Position numbers and translations under genes: made by a program. The notes under the pieces were generated by a model, which was not told the DNA's origin, made no database searches, and saw only the letters and a program-made list of their open reading frames with translations. Positions 42,931-55,870 of a stretch of 64,000 nucleotides of DNA are shown here, piece after piece. The number at the start of each line of letters is the position of its first letter. The stretch's first letter is position 1. The DNA comes from Eledone cirrhosa (Eukaryota): contig OZ024743.1 in the NCBI GenBank assembly GCA_964016885.1, positions 287,618,001 to 287,682,000 on the forward strand. The letters run 5' to 3'.

Positions 42931-43332
42931 AAACACACGCACCAGTTGCTTTCACTTCAATTTATTATATATTTATAAATTTATAAATTTACAAATCTAC
43001 AAACTTATAAATTTCTGGTTGGTTGGTTGGTTCCACAACCAGATAGTTGTTTATATATAGTCATAGTCCTTTCGTCACACACTTTGTGACCTCTTCAGTG
43101 ACTGGGGATTCCTTTCTTTGTTTCTGTGCCTTTCCTTTCTTCTATCCTACGCCATTTTGAAGGCACAGAAAGGCACAGAAACAAAGAAAGGAATCCCCAG
43201 TCACTGAAGAGGTCACAGAGTGTGTGACGAAAGGACTATGACTATATATAAACAACTATCTGGTTGTGGAACCAACCAACCAACCAGAAATTTATAAGTT
43301 TGTAGATTTGTAAATTTATAAATTTATAAATA
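42928..43332. mobile_element. Palindromic pair of PLE pLTR fragments, each with a hammerhead motif (~43059-43103 minus, 43199-43243 plus)
   Basis: Arms ~42966-43134 / 43168-43335; homologous to 17920-18135; AGTCA-CTGAAGA-GTCACA/TGTGAC-GAAA-GGAC-TA-TGACT. Confidence 0.8.
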
Positions 43333-43348
43333 TATATATATATATATA

Positions 43349-43536
43349 TATTTGAAAAAAAGGAAAAGAATGACTTCAGTTGTAGTGTTAACACATTTTT
43401 GATTTAATGTTATAATATAATATTATGAGTTATAATATTATAACAATAAATGAAAAATTTGTTAACACTACAACTGAAGTCATTCTTTTCCTTTTTTTTC
43501 AAATATACCTAACTCTACCAAGCATCTCACACATTT

Positions 43537-43545
<9 letters not shown>
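43349..43545. repeat. AT-rich ~155 bp palindrome with ~35 bp tail; inverted partner at 44688-44892
   Basis: TTTGAAAAAAAGGAAAAGAATGACTTCAGTTGTAGTGTTAAC and its reverse complement. Confidence 0.85.
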
Positions 43546-43606
<61 letters not shown>

Positions 43607-43867
43607 GTCCATAACTCGTATGGGTCACCTTGAGCCAATCCTCTGCAAAACTCACGTAACAGGTCGATACGCAATAAATATTTTTCATCAACCACGCGAC
43701 TAATAATAATAATTGTTTCTACTTTAATGTGTTCTTATATATTGCATATCCGTTAATGCGAAAACTTATTACTATTGTGGCTTCTGAACTATTTAGGCAT
43801 TTTACTTTTCTCTCTGTGTATATTATTTAACTACGACCAATGAACATTCCTCTAATAACTACAAGAA

Positions 43868-44135
43868 ATAATAATTGTTTCTAATTTTGGCACAAGGCCA
43901 GCAATTACCCCAGTGCATTACTGGTACTTTATTTTATCGACCCCGTAAGAATGAAGGCAAAGCTAACCTCGGCGGGATTTGAACTCAGAATGCATAAATT
44001 TTACAGAATTCATAAATTTTACAAGAAATAATAATTGTTTCTACTTTTGCCACAAGGTCAGCAATTACCCCAGTGCATTACTGGTACTTTATTTTATCGA
44101 CCCCGTAAGGATGAAAGGCAAAGTTAACCTCGGCA
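43868..44135 (-). mobile_element. Two tandem tRNA-SINE 3' fragments
   Basis: Core CTGGTACTTTATTTTATCGACCCCGTAAG occurs twice. Confidence 0.8.
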
Positions 44136-44608
44136 ATAATTATAAAATGTACTGCTTTTTCTTTCAACCTAAAAATATACTCTTTTACTATTTTTTACTT
44201 CTACCCTGCTTTGCTTGCGTTCTTCATGTGTTTGCTGATGTCCAACATTTGGTACTGCTTATATTCTTGAAATATATATTTGGTTAAATACAATATCTTT
44301 TAATAATTCCGTGATATGCGTGTGTTTCTGTGTTGTGTTTGTGCAAATAATTTTTCATTAACTGTTTCCGATTGACTTGCTGTTTATATATGCATGTAGT
44401 ATTATCACCTGTATAGAAACGATTGTAGATATTAAACAAAAAATGAATTTAATTTGATGACCTTGGTTCTCTTCATTTTAAATGTCTATGTTCTGCTACC
44501 CTCACTGTTCTCAACAGCAAGAACTTTATCCCTCAGAAGAATATTTCGTTTGTTTTGAATTCCCAATGTGCTGAGGTTCTTAAGCGTGCATTGAGCTTTT
44601 CTCACCTT

Positions 44609-44687
<79 letters not shown>

Positions 44688-44696
<9 letters not shown>

Positions 44697-44885
44697 AAAT
44701 GTGTGAGATGCTTGGTAGAGTTAGGTATATTTGAAAAAAAGGAAAAGAATGACTTCACTTGTAGTGTTAACAATTTTTTGATTTATTGTTATAATATTAT
44801 AATACTCTCATAATATTACAATATTATAACATTAAATGAAAAAAATGTTAACACTACAAGTGAAGTCATTCTTTTCCTTTTTTTT

Positions 44886-44892
<7 letters not shown>
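44688..44892. repeat. Second copy (inverted) of the palindrome-plus-tail unit
   Basis: Reverse complement of 43349-43545; flanked by (TA)n. Confidence 0.85.
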
Positions 44893-44928
<36 letters not shown>

Positions 44929-45193
44929 GTGTGTATACATATGCTGTGAATAGTTACGTAGGCAGAAAGGAGGAAAATAGTGCCCTATCTATTGAAAAAG
45001 AACTAAAACATTATGATCCATAAACGTGACATGTATTACACTACCTTAGGTTTCAAAGTTTCGGCGTGGCAGAATCTACTGACTGTACACGGCGGAGCAC
45101 AATCTATGGTCATGGTTGCAATGTAAAAGACTTCGTATTGCAGCCCAAATTTATGCATTCTACACCACCGTATTCCTAAGGTAGCGTAATACA

Positions 45194-46145
45194 TCTATAT
45201 ATATAAAACTGTGGTTGTCTGTCTGTCTATCGATTTTTGGCACACATCTCCTCTTAGAATCTCTCACGGAATTGCACCGAAATTGCTATACTTGTACATT
45301 GAGCCCTAGCGAAGACATCGGAAAAAAAAATATTTCAAATTCACCCACCCTATGTGACGAAATCGAATATAATGTATCGATTTTTGAGCGTAAGTTATCA
45401 GTTATTTCCCTTTGTTCTGTTTACATTGAGCGTCTTACGTAAAAAATTACGCTGGCTTTAACAGTTGTCGAGCCAGCAAAATATTGACCTGCAAAATTCA
45501 TCAGTTCGAACACTAAGCTTCCGTTTTGCTTCATTTCCATTTAAAAGCATTTTAAAACAATATTTTTACTTGAAAACAAGTCTATTTAAAGACTACGTAA
45601 AACAAGCAAATATTTCGTCGTTAGGCGTGCAGACAGACAGTCGTGCAGACAGATAGTCGTGCAGAGAGGTGATATACGCGTGCAGACAGATAGTCGTGCA
45701 GAGAGGTGATATAGGCGTGCAGACAGACAGTCGTGCAGAGAGGTGATATAGGCGTGCAGACAGACAGTCGTGCAGAGAGGTGATATAGGCGTGCAGACAG
45801 ACAGTCGTGCAGAGAGGTGATATAGGCGTGCAGACAGACATAACTGATAATTTGGTTACGCTAATGTTTTTCTCTGCGTTGCAGTGTTTACATTTTCGAT
45901 CTTTGTTAATAAATAACCAGTGCAGTTTCTATCCCCAGCATCCTCTTTTGTTATAACATTCGGGTTATCGTTATGTTTTCTTAACTTCATAAGGCATATT
46001 GTTGGTTGAGGGAATATTAATCAAAAACACCACATGCAAGTCTGCACAGTAGACACTACAGTTTTTAAGCCAAGAAAGAAACTTAACATTGTAACTTTAA
46101 CACAGCTACTGAGCGACCCCGAGCAACGCCGGGCTTTACTGCTAG
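45194..46145 (+). mobile_element. Non-autonomous Helitron with an internal 37-bp minisatellite (45623-45840)
   Basis: A|TCTATATATATAAAA...CCCGAGCAACGCCGGG..CTGCTAG|T; unit GTGCAGAGAGGTGATATAGGCGTGCAGACAGACAGTC. Confidence 0.8.
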
Positions 46146-46384
46146 TATAATATATATGAATCATAATATATACATATGATATACAAATATCATTACTGAT
46201 ATATAGTCATTTATATTACTGATTAACGTATGTGTGCACTCTGAACTATAGGTTTGTATTCATAACATACAAACCTTATAATATCATTGAGTCAGTGACG
46301 ACCCAAGCTCTACCGATTCTCTTCGAATAGCTTCGTCACCAATACGCACGCGCACACACACACACACACATATTAGAAGCTCTT

Positions 46385-46672
46385 ATCGGTTACGAAGACA
46401 AGGATCAACGGAACAGCCTGCTCATGAAATTTACTTGCAAGTGGCTGAGCATTCCACAAACACATGTACTCTTAACGTAGCGATTCAGCATCACACAAAA
46501 TGTGACAAGGCTAGTCCTTTAAATTCACAAGGTGCAACTCATTTTTGTCAGCTGTGTGAACTGGAGCAACGTGAAATAAAGTGTCTTGCTCAAGCACATA
46601 GTGCGCCAACGGGAATCGAACTCACGACCTTACGATAATGAGCCGAATAACTTATCCACAAAGCCACGCGCT
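46385..46672 (-). mobile_element. tRNA-derived SINE, second family (octopus OR-like)
   Basis: Minus: GCGTGGCTTTGTGG A-box, GAGTTCGATTCCC B-box, CTTGAGCAAGACACTTT core; tail related to 50440-50570. Confidence 0.72.
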
Positions 46673-46984
46673 ATCACACACACACAAACGCATATATATA
46701 TATATGTATAATTTTGAATTGCCCTCTTTCATTTCATTGAGCAGAATTCCCATTTTGTTGTCCGAGCAAATGATGTATTTACTGTTTATCACCCAAATGG
46801 AGGGGGAACTAATTAAATAGTCCGTATATATTGTTTTTGAAAGTAAGGCTCTAGAACCGTATAACCATTTGTTCTTTTTTACCGTTTTTAGTCAAGTATG
46901 CAAGCGTTCTAAACTTCAGTGACTTTGCTAAAGCCATCCAATGACTATGCAGTGATGTTAAACCGGGTGATCTATTATGTCTGC

Positions 46985-47310
46985 CACCGATGTGAGCCAC
47001 AGCGGGATTTGAAATCTGAACGCAACTAGATGGAACAAATACGCGTCCGACGTTCTAACAATTCCGCCGATTTACCTTCATGGTATTTTAACGATCCCGA
47101 AAGAATGAAAGGTAAAGTTAGCCTGAGAATACAGAGAGTAGGAAGAAATACTGCATGGCATCTCATTGAACACTCTAATAGTTCTGCCATACCACAGTCC
47201 TGAACTAATATTTTATTTTAATGATCCAGAAGGAATGAAAAACGAAGTTGAGATCTGCAGGAATTGAACTCAGATCAGAGCGCATAGAGCAGAAAAACAT
47301 ACCGCATATA
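46985..47310 (-). mobile_element. Cluster of decayed tRNA-SINE fragments
   Basis: Repeated GGATTTGAA/GAATTGAACTCAG and GATCC..AAG.ATGAAA motifs. Confidence 0.6.
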
Positions 47311-47773
47311 CATATACATACATATATATGTATATATATATTATATATATATACCCCACACATTCATATATTCCATGTTGTCATCTGTAATATATTATTA
47401 TTATTTTGGGTTTGAAACCATCACAACAAAACATACTCGCCAAAAAACAACAAAAATAAAAAAAAAACCCAAAAGGCAAACATTAAAAATCAAACAGAAA
47501 ATCTAAAAAATATCCCGGAATATGCAGTCTGTGATATTAATAGTCATATTACATTGTCATATGTAATACATAATAACTCTCACAGAGGGTACATTATGTG
47601 TGCGTAGGTATGTGTGTTTGTGCCTGTTGGTGTTATATGAGTAATCATATTACAGTGACATATGTAATATATTAGAAACATACAAGAAAGAAGGCTGTGG
47701 TGGGGTGGGTGGGATTCGGTGTGTTCTTGCAGAATGTAATGTATGATATCAACTAACATATTATACTGTTATA

Positions 47774-47831
<58 letters not shown>

Positions 47832-48056
47832 GTATATATATATATATAAAGGTAAAAACCCCGTTATATCTTTCCAGCCCACATAATAGATTTTCCAACC
47901 ATAAGTACGAACAGGTTCCTCCTATTTGGCACAAATCTAAATAAGAGTTATCTCTCCTTTTCTAACTCCCCTCTTCCCTCCCTCCCACACAAGTTCTCGT
48001 CACTTTCATAAGAGCTCTGTAGTAGAACTCTTATCCTCACCTCTATAACAAAATGG

Positions 48057-48110
48057 TGAACTGACGAAATGAGAAGAGTTAAAACTTACTCAGTGAAATG
48101 CGCGTATTCG
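48057..48110 (+). ncRNA. Type I hammerhead candidate in a short TA-flanked unit (47850-48150)
   Basis: TGAA-CTGACGA-stem II (TGAG/CTCA, AAG/CTT)-GAAA-TGCGCG-TA-TTCG. Confidence 0.68.
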
Positions 48111-48169
48111 ACATATGTAAGATGTGAATTTAACCAAATTTTGTATATATAAATACGTGCGTATACATG

Positions 48170-48226
<57 letters not shown>

Positions 48227-48324
48227 TAAAATTTCCGTTGAAAACAGAAAAGGTCATAGAAGTGAAGAGTGCTCTATGTAAGTACCAGAGCAAAATTTAA
48301 TGTATAAAAATCAATACAATATAA

Positions 48325-48400
48325 TTACCTCATTACTAGAGGTTTCCCGAATGAGGCTAATACGAAAGAAACGTCTTCATTCGTTCGTCAGACGAGGCAA
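48325..48400 (-). ncRNA. Type I hammerhead candidate, similar layout to 42190-42265
   Basis: Minus: TTGCCTCGT-CTGACGA-CGAATGA/TCATTCG-GAAA-C..G-TA-ATGAGGTAA (9-bp stem I). Confidence 0.72.
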
Positions 48401-48937
48401 TATAAAATATGGGTAAATACTTGGAAAGTCTCATAAAGAAAAGCAAAAAAAAAAAAATATAGACAAATGAATTAGAATATGAAATATATAAAAATCTTTC
48501 GAGAAATATAGTTAGGTGTGTGTATATGTATATACGCTCACAGATGTGCATATATGTGTATGCACATATGTATACGTATAGTGAAAAAGTGTGCGTAAAT
48601 ATATAATTTAGGGCAAATGTATCTGTGTATCTGTAATCTACAGACAGAATAGATACATCATAAGAATATGAAGGCACGCGCATAAACACACCTACACACA
48701 CGTACATATATATATATATATATATACACACACAGATATTTATATATACACATACACACATATATATGCATGTATATGATATAGTCTACATTGCGTAATA
48801 ATCCAGGTGTGTTACATTTGATATAAACCTTAGACTAATACTACCGACTCAATGTTTCATGCCATATCGTGTTTCCACGACAAATATTAATGATGCGATA
48901 CTTCTCTTGATTTTAGTATTTATTGTTGCTTTTTAGT

Positions 48938-49575
48938 GGCGGATTTGCAGAATCGTTAGAGCGCCTGACAACAAGCTTTGCGGTATTTCTCCATTCTTAA
49001 ATATTCAGATATCACTGAGGTTGACTGTACCTTTTATCCTTCTGGAGTAGATAAAATAAAATACTAATGAAGTACTGGATCGATATAATCGACTTTTCCC
49101 TACCCTCAAAACTGCTAACTTTGTGCCTAAATTTATAGTCATTATTAGGAGGGTAGTGAGGGCAGTGGCTTGGCAGTATCGATAGAGCGTTGGACACCAT
49201 GTTTCGTGGCATAGAGTTACGGCCATTTACGTTCTAAGTTCAAATCCCGCTGTGGTTAGCTTTGCCTTTCATTCTTACGAGATCGATAAAATAAAGTAAC
49301 AATCACGCACTGGGGTCAATTTAATCGACTTTTCCCGTTCTCAAAATTATTGGTCTTGTACCTAAGTAAGAAACCATTATTAGGAGGGCGGTGGATTGGC
49401 AAAATTGTTTGAACATAGTTGTTTGTTCTGATTCTTTACGTTTTGTGCTGAAATACCGCCGAGGTCGACTATGCTTTTCATCCTTCTGAGTTAGATACAA
49501 TAAAGTCCTAGTGAAGTACCAGATTGATATCATCGACCTTTCCTTGAAATTGCTGGCCTTGTGCATAAAATTGAA
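48938..49575 (+). mobile_element. Three tandem tRNA-SINE copies
   Basis: Three A-box starts (~48945, 49170, 49395), each followed by the GCCTTTCATCC..GATAAAATAAA core. Confidence 0.78.
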
Positions 49576-49599
49576 ACTAGTAATAGTACATTTATATTA

Positions 49600-50010
49600 A
49601 TAATTGTTTCTACTTTTGGCACAAGACCAGTAAATTATCCAGTGCATTACTGGTACTTTATTTTATCGACCCCGTAAGGATGAAAGGCAAAGTTAACCTC
49701 GACGGGATTGAACTCAGACCGTAAAGGGACATTACTATGCTGAAAAGCATGGCGTCCGACCCTCTACCGATACTGCCAATACACCGCCATTTATATTAAT
49801 AATGATTTCTAGTATAGGCACAAGGCCAGCAATTTTGGGGAAGAGGAAAGTCGATTAAATCGACCCTAGTGCGTGACAGGTACTTTATTTTATCGACCCC
49901 TTAAGGATGAAAGCCAAAGTTAACATCGGCAGATTTGAACTCAGAACATAAAGGGCCATAACTCTACGCTGCAAAGCATGGTGTCTAACGCTCTACCGAT
50001 ACTGCCATGA
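49600..50010 (-). mobile_element. Two tandem tRNA-SINE copies, tail-to-tail with the previous three
   Basis: Reverse complement of the same A-box/B-box/core. Confidence 0.82.
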
Positions 50011-50267
50011 CAACTATAATAACGGCAATAATAAGAAAAGAAAAGGAATCAAAAGAAAAAAAAAGGAATAGGGAAATATAGAGAAAAAAGAGAAAAAGAA
50101 AGAAAAAAGAACTGGAAGGGGAGAGGATGGTAAGAACTCTGGTGTCGCAGAATAGAGGGGAGGAGTGAAGGGGGAAGGTGATTGGCCTTTGGGCCAGGGC
50201 AAGGAGACAGAAGTGCTGCGCCCCGCGGACAGTTGTTATTGTTTTGTTTATTGTTTATTTGTGAATG

Positions 50268-50570
50268 CAGCATGGCCAAATGGTTTAGGAGTTCGTTTCA
50301 CACTCATTTCGCCTCAGGTTCGATCTCACTGCGTGGAATTTTGGGCAAATGTCATTTGCCATAGCCTCGGTTTAGATGGAACCTATTTGGAAGACCGTCA
50401 CATGGACTGTATCTGTAATTCAAACGTCTAGACATTTAACATCGAATCTCCTTGAGAATTACGTAAGTGTACACGTGTCTGTGAAATGACAGGTCACTTA
50501 CTCATTACTTTCACGAGCAGACCGTTCGGCTGATCGAACAACTGGAACCACCATCGTCGAAACTGACGTA
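50268..50570 (+). mobile_element. Decayed tRNA-SINE, second family
   Basis: TGGCCAAATGG A-box, GGTTCGATCTC B-box, TTGGGCAAATG; tail homologous to 46385-46480. Confidence 0.65.
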
Positions 50571-50784
50571 GATTCATTCGTTCTGATGTCTTCTGTTATC
50601 TGCTTTATCATTGTACTAGCTGACGAACCCAGCTTCGGCCCGGGTAAACAGATTACAAGAGAAGACAGGTATAAGAGAAAACGAGTGTATTGGATGTTTG
50701 TCTGGTTTACAGTATGAGGCGAGACCGTGCTGTGTGTGTGATAAAAAGAAAAAAAAGTAAAAACATCTTCTAGATACACTAGAT

Positions 50785-51130
50785 CAGGAGCGTGCAACAG
50801 GCGGCCCGCGGGCCGGATTGTGGCCCGCCAGACCAGTCAGAGTGGTCCGTGATGATCGTTTTTAACTTTTACCTTTTAGGCTTATTTAGAATTTTTTTCG
50901 TAACCGTAATACAATTATCTGTTAGTTGACCTAGACCAAATACCAAGTCTCACACTAATAAAACTAAATTATATTTTATTTATCTTTATTGTTTAAAAAT
51001 CTATTCACAATGTATTTATGACTTAATTTACTGGTTTTCATTAGATTATATATTTTTGACAGTGAATGGCCCTAATAGTTGTACGAATGTTCAAAAGTGA
51101 CCCGCCAATAGAATATGTTGCACATCCCTG
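50785..51130. mobile_element. hAT (Charlie/Buster-type) MITE
   Basis: TIRs CAGGAGCGTGCAAC / GTTGCACATCCCTG; exact 8-bp TSD CACTAGAT; empty site CACCAGAT in the sister copy at ~53322. Confidence 0.9.
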
Positions 51131-51349
51131 CACTAGATTCTTCGTTTTACCGTTCGTGCATAGTATATGAAGATTTCCTGGTGTTTCCACACGTGAATAA
51201 CCTAGATATAGAGAGGGGGAGAGATTATTGGTGTTAGATATAGAGCGGGGTATGAGAGAGTGCCATGTGGTTGATATTGAGAGGAGGAGAGTTTAGTGGT
51301 AATGAATAGAGTGAGGGAGATTAGAAGAGAGTGCCGTCTGGTAGATATA

Positions 51350-52454
51350 TATTTCTATTTATTTGCCACCAGGGCATCAAAGATTGGGACAAATACAAAG
51401 GGGGGAGTTTACATACATTTAAAAAGACGTGTAAAAACATATAACAAATTAAATTTAACAATCGATGTCCTCAATAGGGAGGGGCGTTGACATGGGTCGC
51501 ACACCCCCCGAAAAAATGTGCAACCCTCCTCTTCAGGAGCACAAAGAGCGGGTGCTTCCTTCCTCTTCTCATTCTTCTCCTCTCTCACCTACAGGCTGAT
51601 ATAGAGAGAAGGCCCATTCACTCGGGCCATTCTCGCTACTTTCACCCACCTTTCATAAAACTTGCTAGGGTAGAGCACCTCTCTCTCCATTCTGATCCTT
51701 CTTCTAAAGTGGTACTTGAAAAAAAAGACCAGTTGTTGGCCGGAGAGAAAGGTGTCTGACTTCAGCCCTTTCAACCTTGTCCACCATACAACTTCTTTCG
51801 CCATAGCTATCACACAGAGGAAAACCGCCTCTCCTTCGTTTTTGAAAGGGGGAGGTGGTTTGATCGTGACAATGTTCTCGGTGGTCAACCGGATTGGTCC
51901 CACCCGCGACAGTAGTCGTTCCACATAGCCCCACAGGTCAGCAACGCCCGGGCAGTGTACGAATGCGTGTGCGACGGTTTCCTCGTCACGCACGCATCTC
52001 GGACAGATCTTCTTCTGTAGAGCTTGTGTCTGTAGAGCTTGTCCCGAACGGGTAGAGCTCCTCGGTAACATTGCCAAGCCAGGGACTTTTGGAAGTTGTC
52101 CATCGGTCCCGGGCCAAACGTCCTACCGAACAGACTGGCCAGCTCATCTTCCTCCATGCCCAGAGCCTCTCCGAGAGCGTCGTCGCACTTACTGCGCACC
52201 AACCCTCTATAGAATGTTGAGGTTGAGTCTCCACTGATTGCCGTATCCGCTTGCCAGAGGGCCGTGAGCGCCTGAGCACATTCAATGTGCCAGTCGCCCA
52301 CTTTTATCGGTCTTTGCTTGACCCAGGATTGCAGCTCGGTGAGTGAGACGAGTCTCAGAAAGGCTCGCCTCACAAACAGGGCCCACACCGGCTGACCGGT
52401 GAGGAATACCTGGGGGGTGCCGTAGCCTTAATGCGTGTCTACGCATCGTCAGCC
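51350..52454 (-). mobile_element. 5'-truncated Tx1 related to subfamily A, with ~20-bp TSD
   Basis: ORF2 C-terminus ..ARVNGPSLYISL; TSD AGTGCCGT(C/G)TGGTAGATATA at 51330-51349 and 52455-52474. Confidence 0.92.
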
Positions 52455-53129
52455 AGTGCCGTGTGGTAGATATAGAGAGGTTGAGAGTTTGAAGGTAGTA
52501 GATATAAAGAGGGGTGTTGGGAGAGGTAGGTGTATGTTAGATATAGAGAGGAGGGAAAGTTTAGTGGTTATAGATATAGAGGGGAAGAAATGAGAGAGTG
52601 CCGTGTGCTAGATAGAGAGGGGGGGGGGGAATGATTGCTGGTAGTAGATATAGAGAGGGGTCTTGGGAGAGATAGGAGTGTGATAGATATATAGAGGGAG
52701 AGAGTTTAGTGATAATGGATATATAGACGCATGCAGGGAGAGATAGTTTCGTAATAGATATATATATAGAGAGAGAGATTATGAATGTTAGAATGTGTGG
52801 TAGATATAGAGAGGGGGAGATTTTAGTGGTTATGGATATAGAGAGGTGGATTAGAAGAGAGTGCCGTGTGCTAGATAGAGAGAGGGGTAGAGATTGGTTG
52901 TAGTAGATATAGAGAGTTATATTGGGAGAGATAGGTGTATGGTAGATATACAGAAGGGAAGAGCTTAGTGTTGTTAGATGTAGAGAAGGTGATAATGAGA
53001 GAGTGCTGTGTGGTAGCATTATATATAGAGGGGAATTGGGAGAGATAGGTGTAGATAGATAGAGAGAGGAGGAGAGATTGGTGTTAATGGAGAGAGTGAG
53101 GGGGATTGGGAGAGAATGTATATTAGAGA

Positions 53130-53380
53130 CTAGCTGATGTACCCAGCTTCGTCCGGGTAAACAGATGATAAGAGAAGACAGGTAGAAGAGAAAATAACTG
53201 TAATGGATGTTTGTCTGGTTTACAGTATGAGGCGAGACCATGGTGTGTGTGTGTGACAAAAAAACAACAAAACAAAAACAAAAAACAAAACAAAAGAAAA
53301 TTAATAAAAAGAAATGTTATACACCAGATCCTTCGTTTTACCGTTTGTGCATAGTATACGAAGATTTCTAGGTGTTCACT
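53130..53380 (-). mobile_element. Second, truncated copy of the same Helitron, fused head-to-tail
   Basis: Homologous to 50616-51190 without the MITE; minus-strand junction CAGCTAG|TCTCTAATA. Confidence 0.75.
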
Positions 53381-54019
53381 ATATATATAACTGTTTATAG
53401 GTTAAAAGTGATTTTCTTGTATTCAATTCTAAAACTATGAAACTCCGAGCCTGTTGATGCTCGAATTTTTAAAATTACTAAGCACGGAGGAAATAAATTT
53501 ATAAGATGTAGGATGCTCAGTAGCATAAAGAAGCTGTAATTGATAGTGGTACGGGTGAAGGTAGTCAATATGATGGTGGTGATATACATACACACGCACT
53601 CATTCACATATACACACACACAAACATATACACACACATAAACATCGTTATAAAAATCGGGTGAAGACCCCCTGAGGCGGCAAAATGTTGCCAGCGTCCC
53701 CTACGAAGAAACGAACTCCGTATCTCTCAGATAGCAGCTGGGCGCTCTAACCTTGAGTTCAGGAACCTTGGAAACATCTTACCCTCTAAATTAGAAACTG
53801 AATCAAACAGCTCTTGAAAATATAAACAAACGTCATGTGTAAAGCTCGAGTTTTCGAACTTACTAAGCGCCGAGGATATAAATTTATAAGAAGCTTAGAC
53901 AGCAGACAGTAATTGGTGTTATTTTCTGCATCTGATCTCTCCACCCCCACGCAAACACACACACGCAAACACACACACGCACACACACGCACACACACGC
54001 ACACACACGCGCACACGCG

Positions 54020-54103
<84 letters not shown>

Positions 54104-54317
54104 CATATACATATATAAAGTCAGTCTGGGTCGTTTCACATACACGGTTCCGGGTTCAATTCCACTGAGTGGAACTTCAGGAGAGAGTCTTCTTCTACAG
54201 TAGAATTTGGTAGACAGGAACTGCAGAAGCCCGTCGTCTTTCTCTATATATATCTTTATTAATACACACACACACACACACATATATATATACTGTCTAT
54301 CTGTCCACACACGCACG

Positions 54318-54409
<92 letters not shown>

Positions 54410-54450
54410 CTGTCTATCTGTCCACACACACACACACACACACACGCACG

Positions 54451-54504
<54 letters not shown>

Positions 54505-54541
54505 CTGTCTATCTGTCCACACACGCACGCACACACACACG

Positions 54542-54577
<36 letters not shown>

Positions 54578-54919
54578 CATCTAGCCTACTCTATGTACGT
54601 ATATTATCAAAATACATCCTATATTATCAAAACAGGATTCTTACTACTAAAAACACAGGCACTTTTTACAAATGTTTGTCTTTAATATCTATCTACTCTC
54701 ATTTCATGTTTTCATTGCTATTTTCCATCTCCTCCACCTCTTCCGTCTTTCGTCTATTTCCCCACCTCCATTCTATCATCCCCCACCACTCACGATATGT
54801 GTGTTTTTCCTTCCATTCTTTCCTTGTTTCTTTCTTTCTCTTTTCATTTATAAAAAGACGTGATAGTCACGGCTGGAAGGGTTTTTATCATAAATCTGCT
54901 CAACGTCAACGTGGGGCTA

Positions 54920-55870
54920 AACAACAGCAATAACAATTATCACCATCAACATAACGACAACAACAGCAGCAGCAATAGCTATATCAATCATCACCGCCGC
55001 CACCATCACTGTCAGGACGACGACGACGACGACCACCACCACCACCATCACCACCACCACCAACACCACCACCAACACCACCACCACCATCACCACCACC
55101 ACCACCACCACCATCACCACCACCACCACCACCACCACCATCACCACCACCACCACCATCACCGCCATCACTACAAGCACCCCCCCCCCCCCCCCACCAC
55201 CACAAGCACCCCCATCACCCCCCCCCCCCCATCACCACAAGCACCACCATCACCACCACCACCACCACCACCAACACCACCACCACCACCACAAGCACCG
55301 TCACCACTACCACCACCATCATCACCACAAGCACCACTACCACCACTATCACCATTACCACCACCTTCATCACAACCACCACCACTACCACTACCACCAC
55401 CACAACAACAATAACAGCAATGACTACAACTGCAATCACCACCATCATTACCACCATAATAATGGTTTCTTATATAGGCACAAGGCCAGCAATTTTGGGG
55501 GAGGGGAAAATCGATTAAATCGACCCCAGTACGTTACTGGTACTTTATTTTATCGACCCCGTAAGGATGAAAGCCAAAGTTAACCTCGGCGGGATTTGAA
55601 CTCAGACCATAAAGGGCCGTAACTCTTTGCTGCAAAGCATGGCGTCCGACCCTCTACCGATACTGCCAATCCATCATAATAATGACCACCAGCACCAGCA
55701 CCAGCACCACCGCCACCACCAGCACCACCACCACCACCACCTCTAGGACCATTGCTACGACAAAGACCACCACCACCACCAGCAGCACCAGCACCACCAC
55801 AACCACCACCACCACCACCACCACCAGCACCACCAACACCACCACCAACAACAACAACAACAACAATAGT
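54920..55870. repeat. (CAC/CAA/CAT)n compound repeats, split by a SINE
   Basis: Direct reading. Confidence 0.92.
55463..55677 (-). mobile_element. Well-preserved tRNA-derived SINE (OK/Meta-core-like)
   Basis: Minus: TGGCAGTATCGG A-box, GAGTTCAAATCCC B-box, CTTTCATCCTTACGGGGTCGATAAAATAAAGTACCAG core. Confidence 0.88.

Larger units (their letters stand above)
50616..53129 (-). mobile_element. Non-autonomous Helitron carrying a GA-rich degenerate minisatellite, with nested hAT MITE and Tx1
   Basis: 3' CCCGGGCCGAAGCTGGG..CAGCTAG|T at 50616; 5' TCTCTAATATAC at 53129. Confidence 0.7.

Noticed and set aside
45623-45840. 37-bp periodic array as a CRISPR
   Set aside because: No unique spacers and no cas genes; eukaryotic minisatellite inside a Helitron
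48938-50010. tRNA genes
   Set aside because: A/B boxes run into SINE core and tail; no cloverleaf seen
54860-55414. His/Pro-rich host exon
   Set aside because: Pure (CAC)n-type repeat next to a SINE, with no splice or domain evidence
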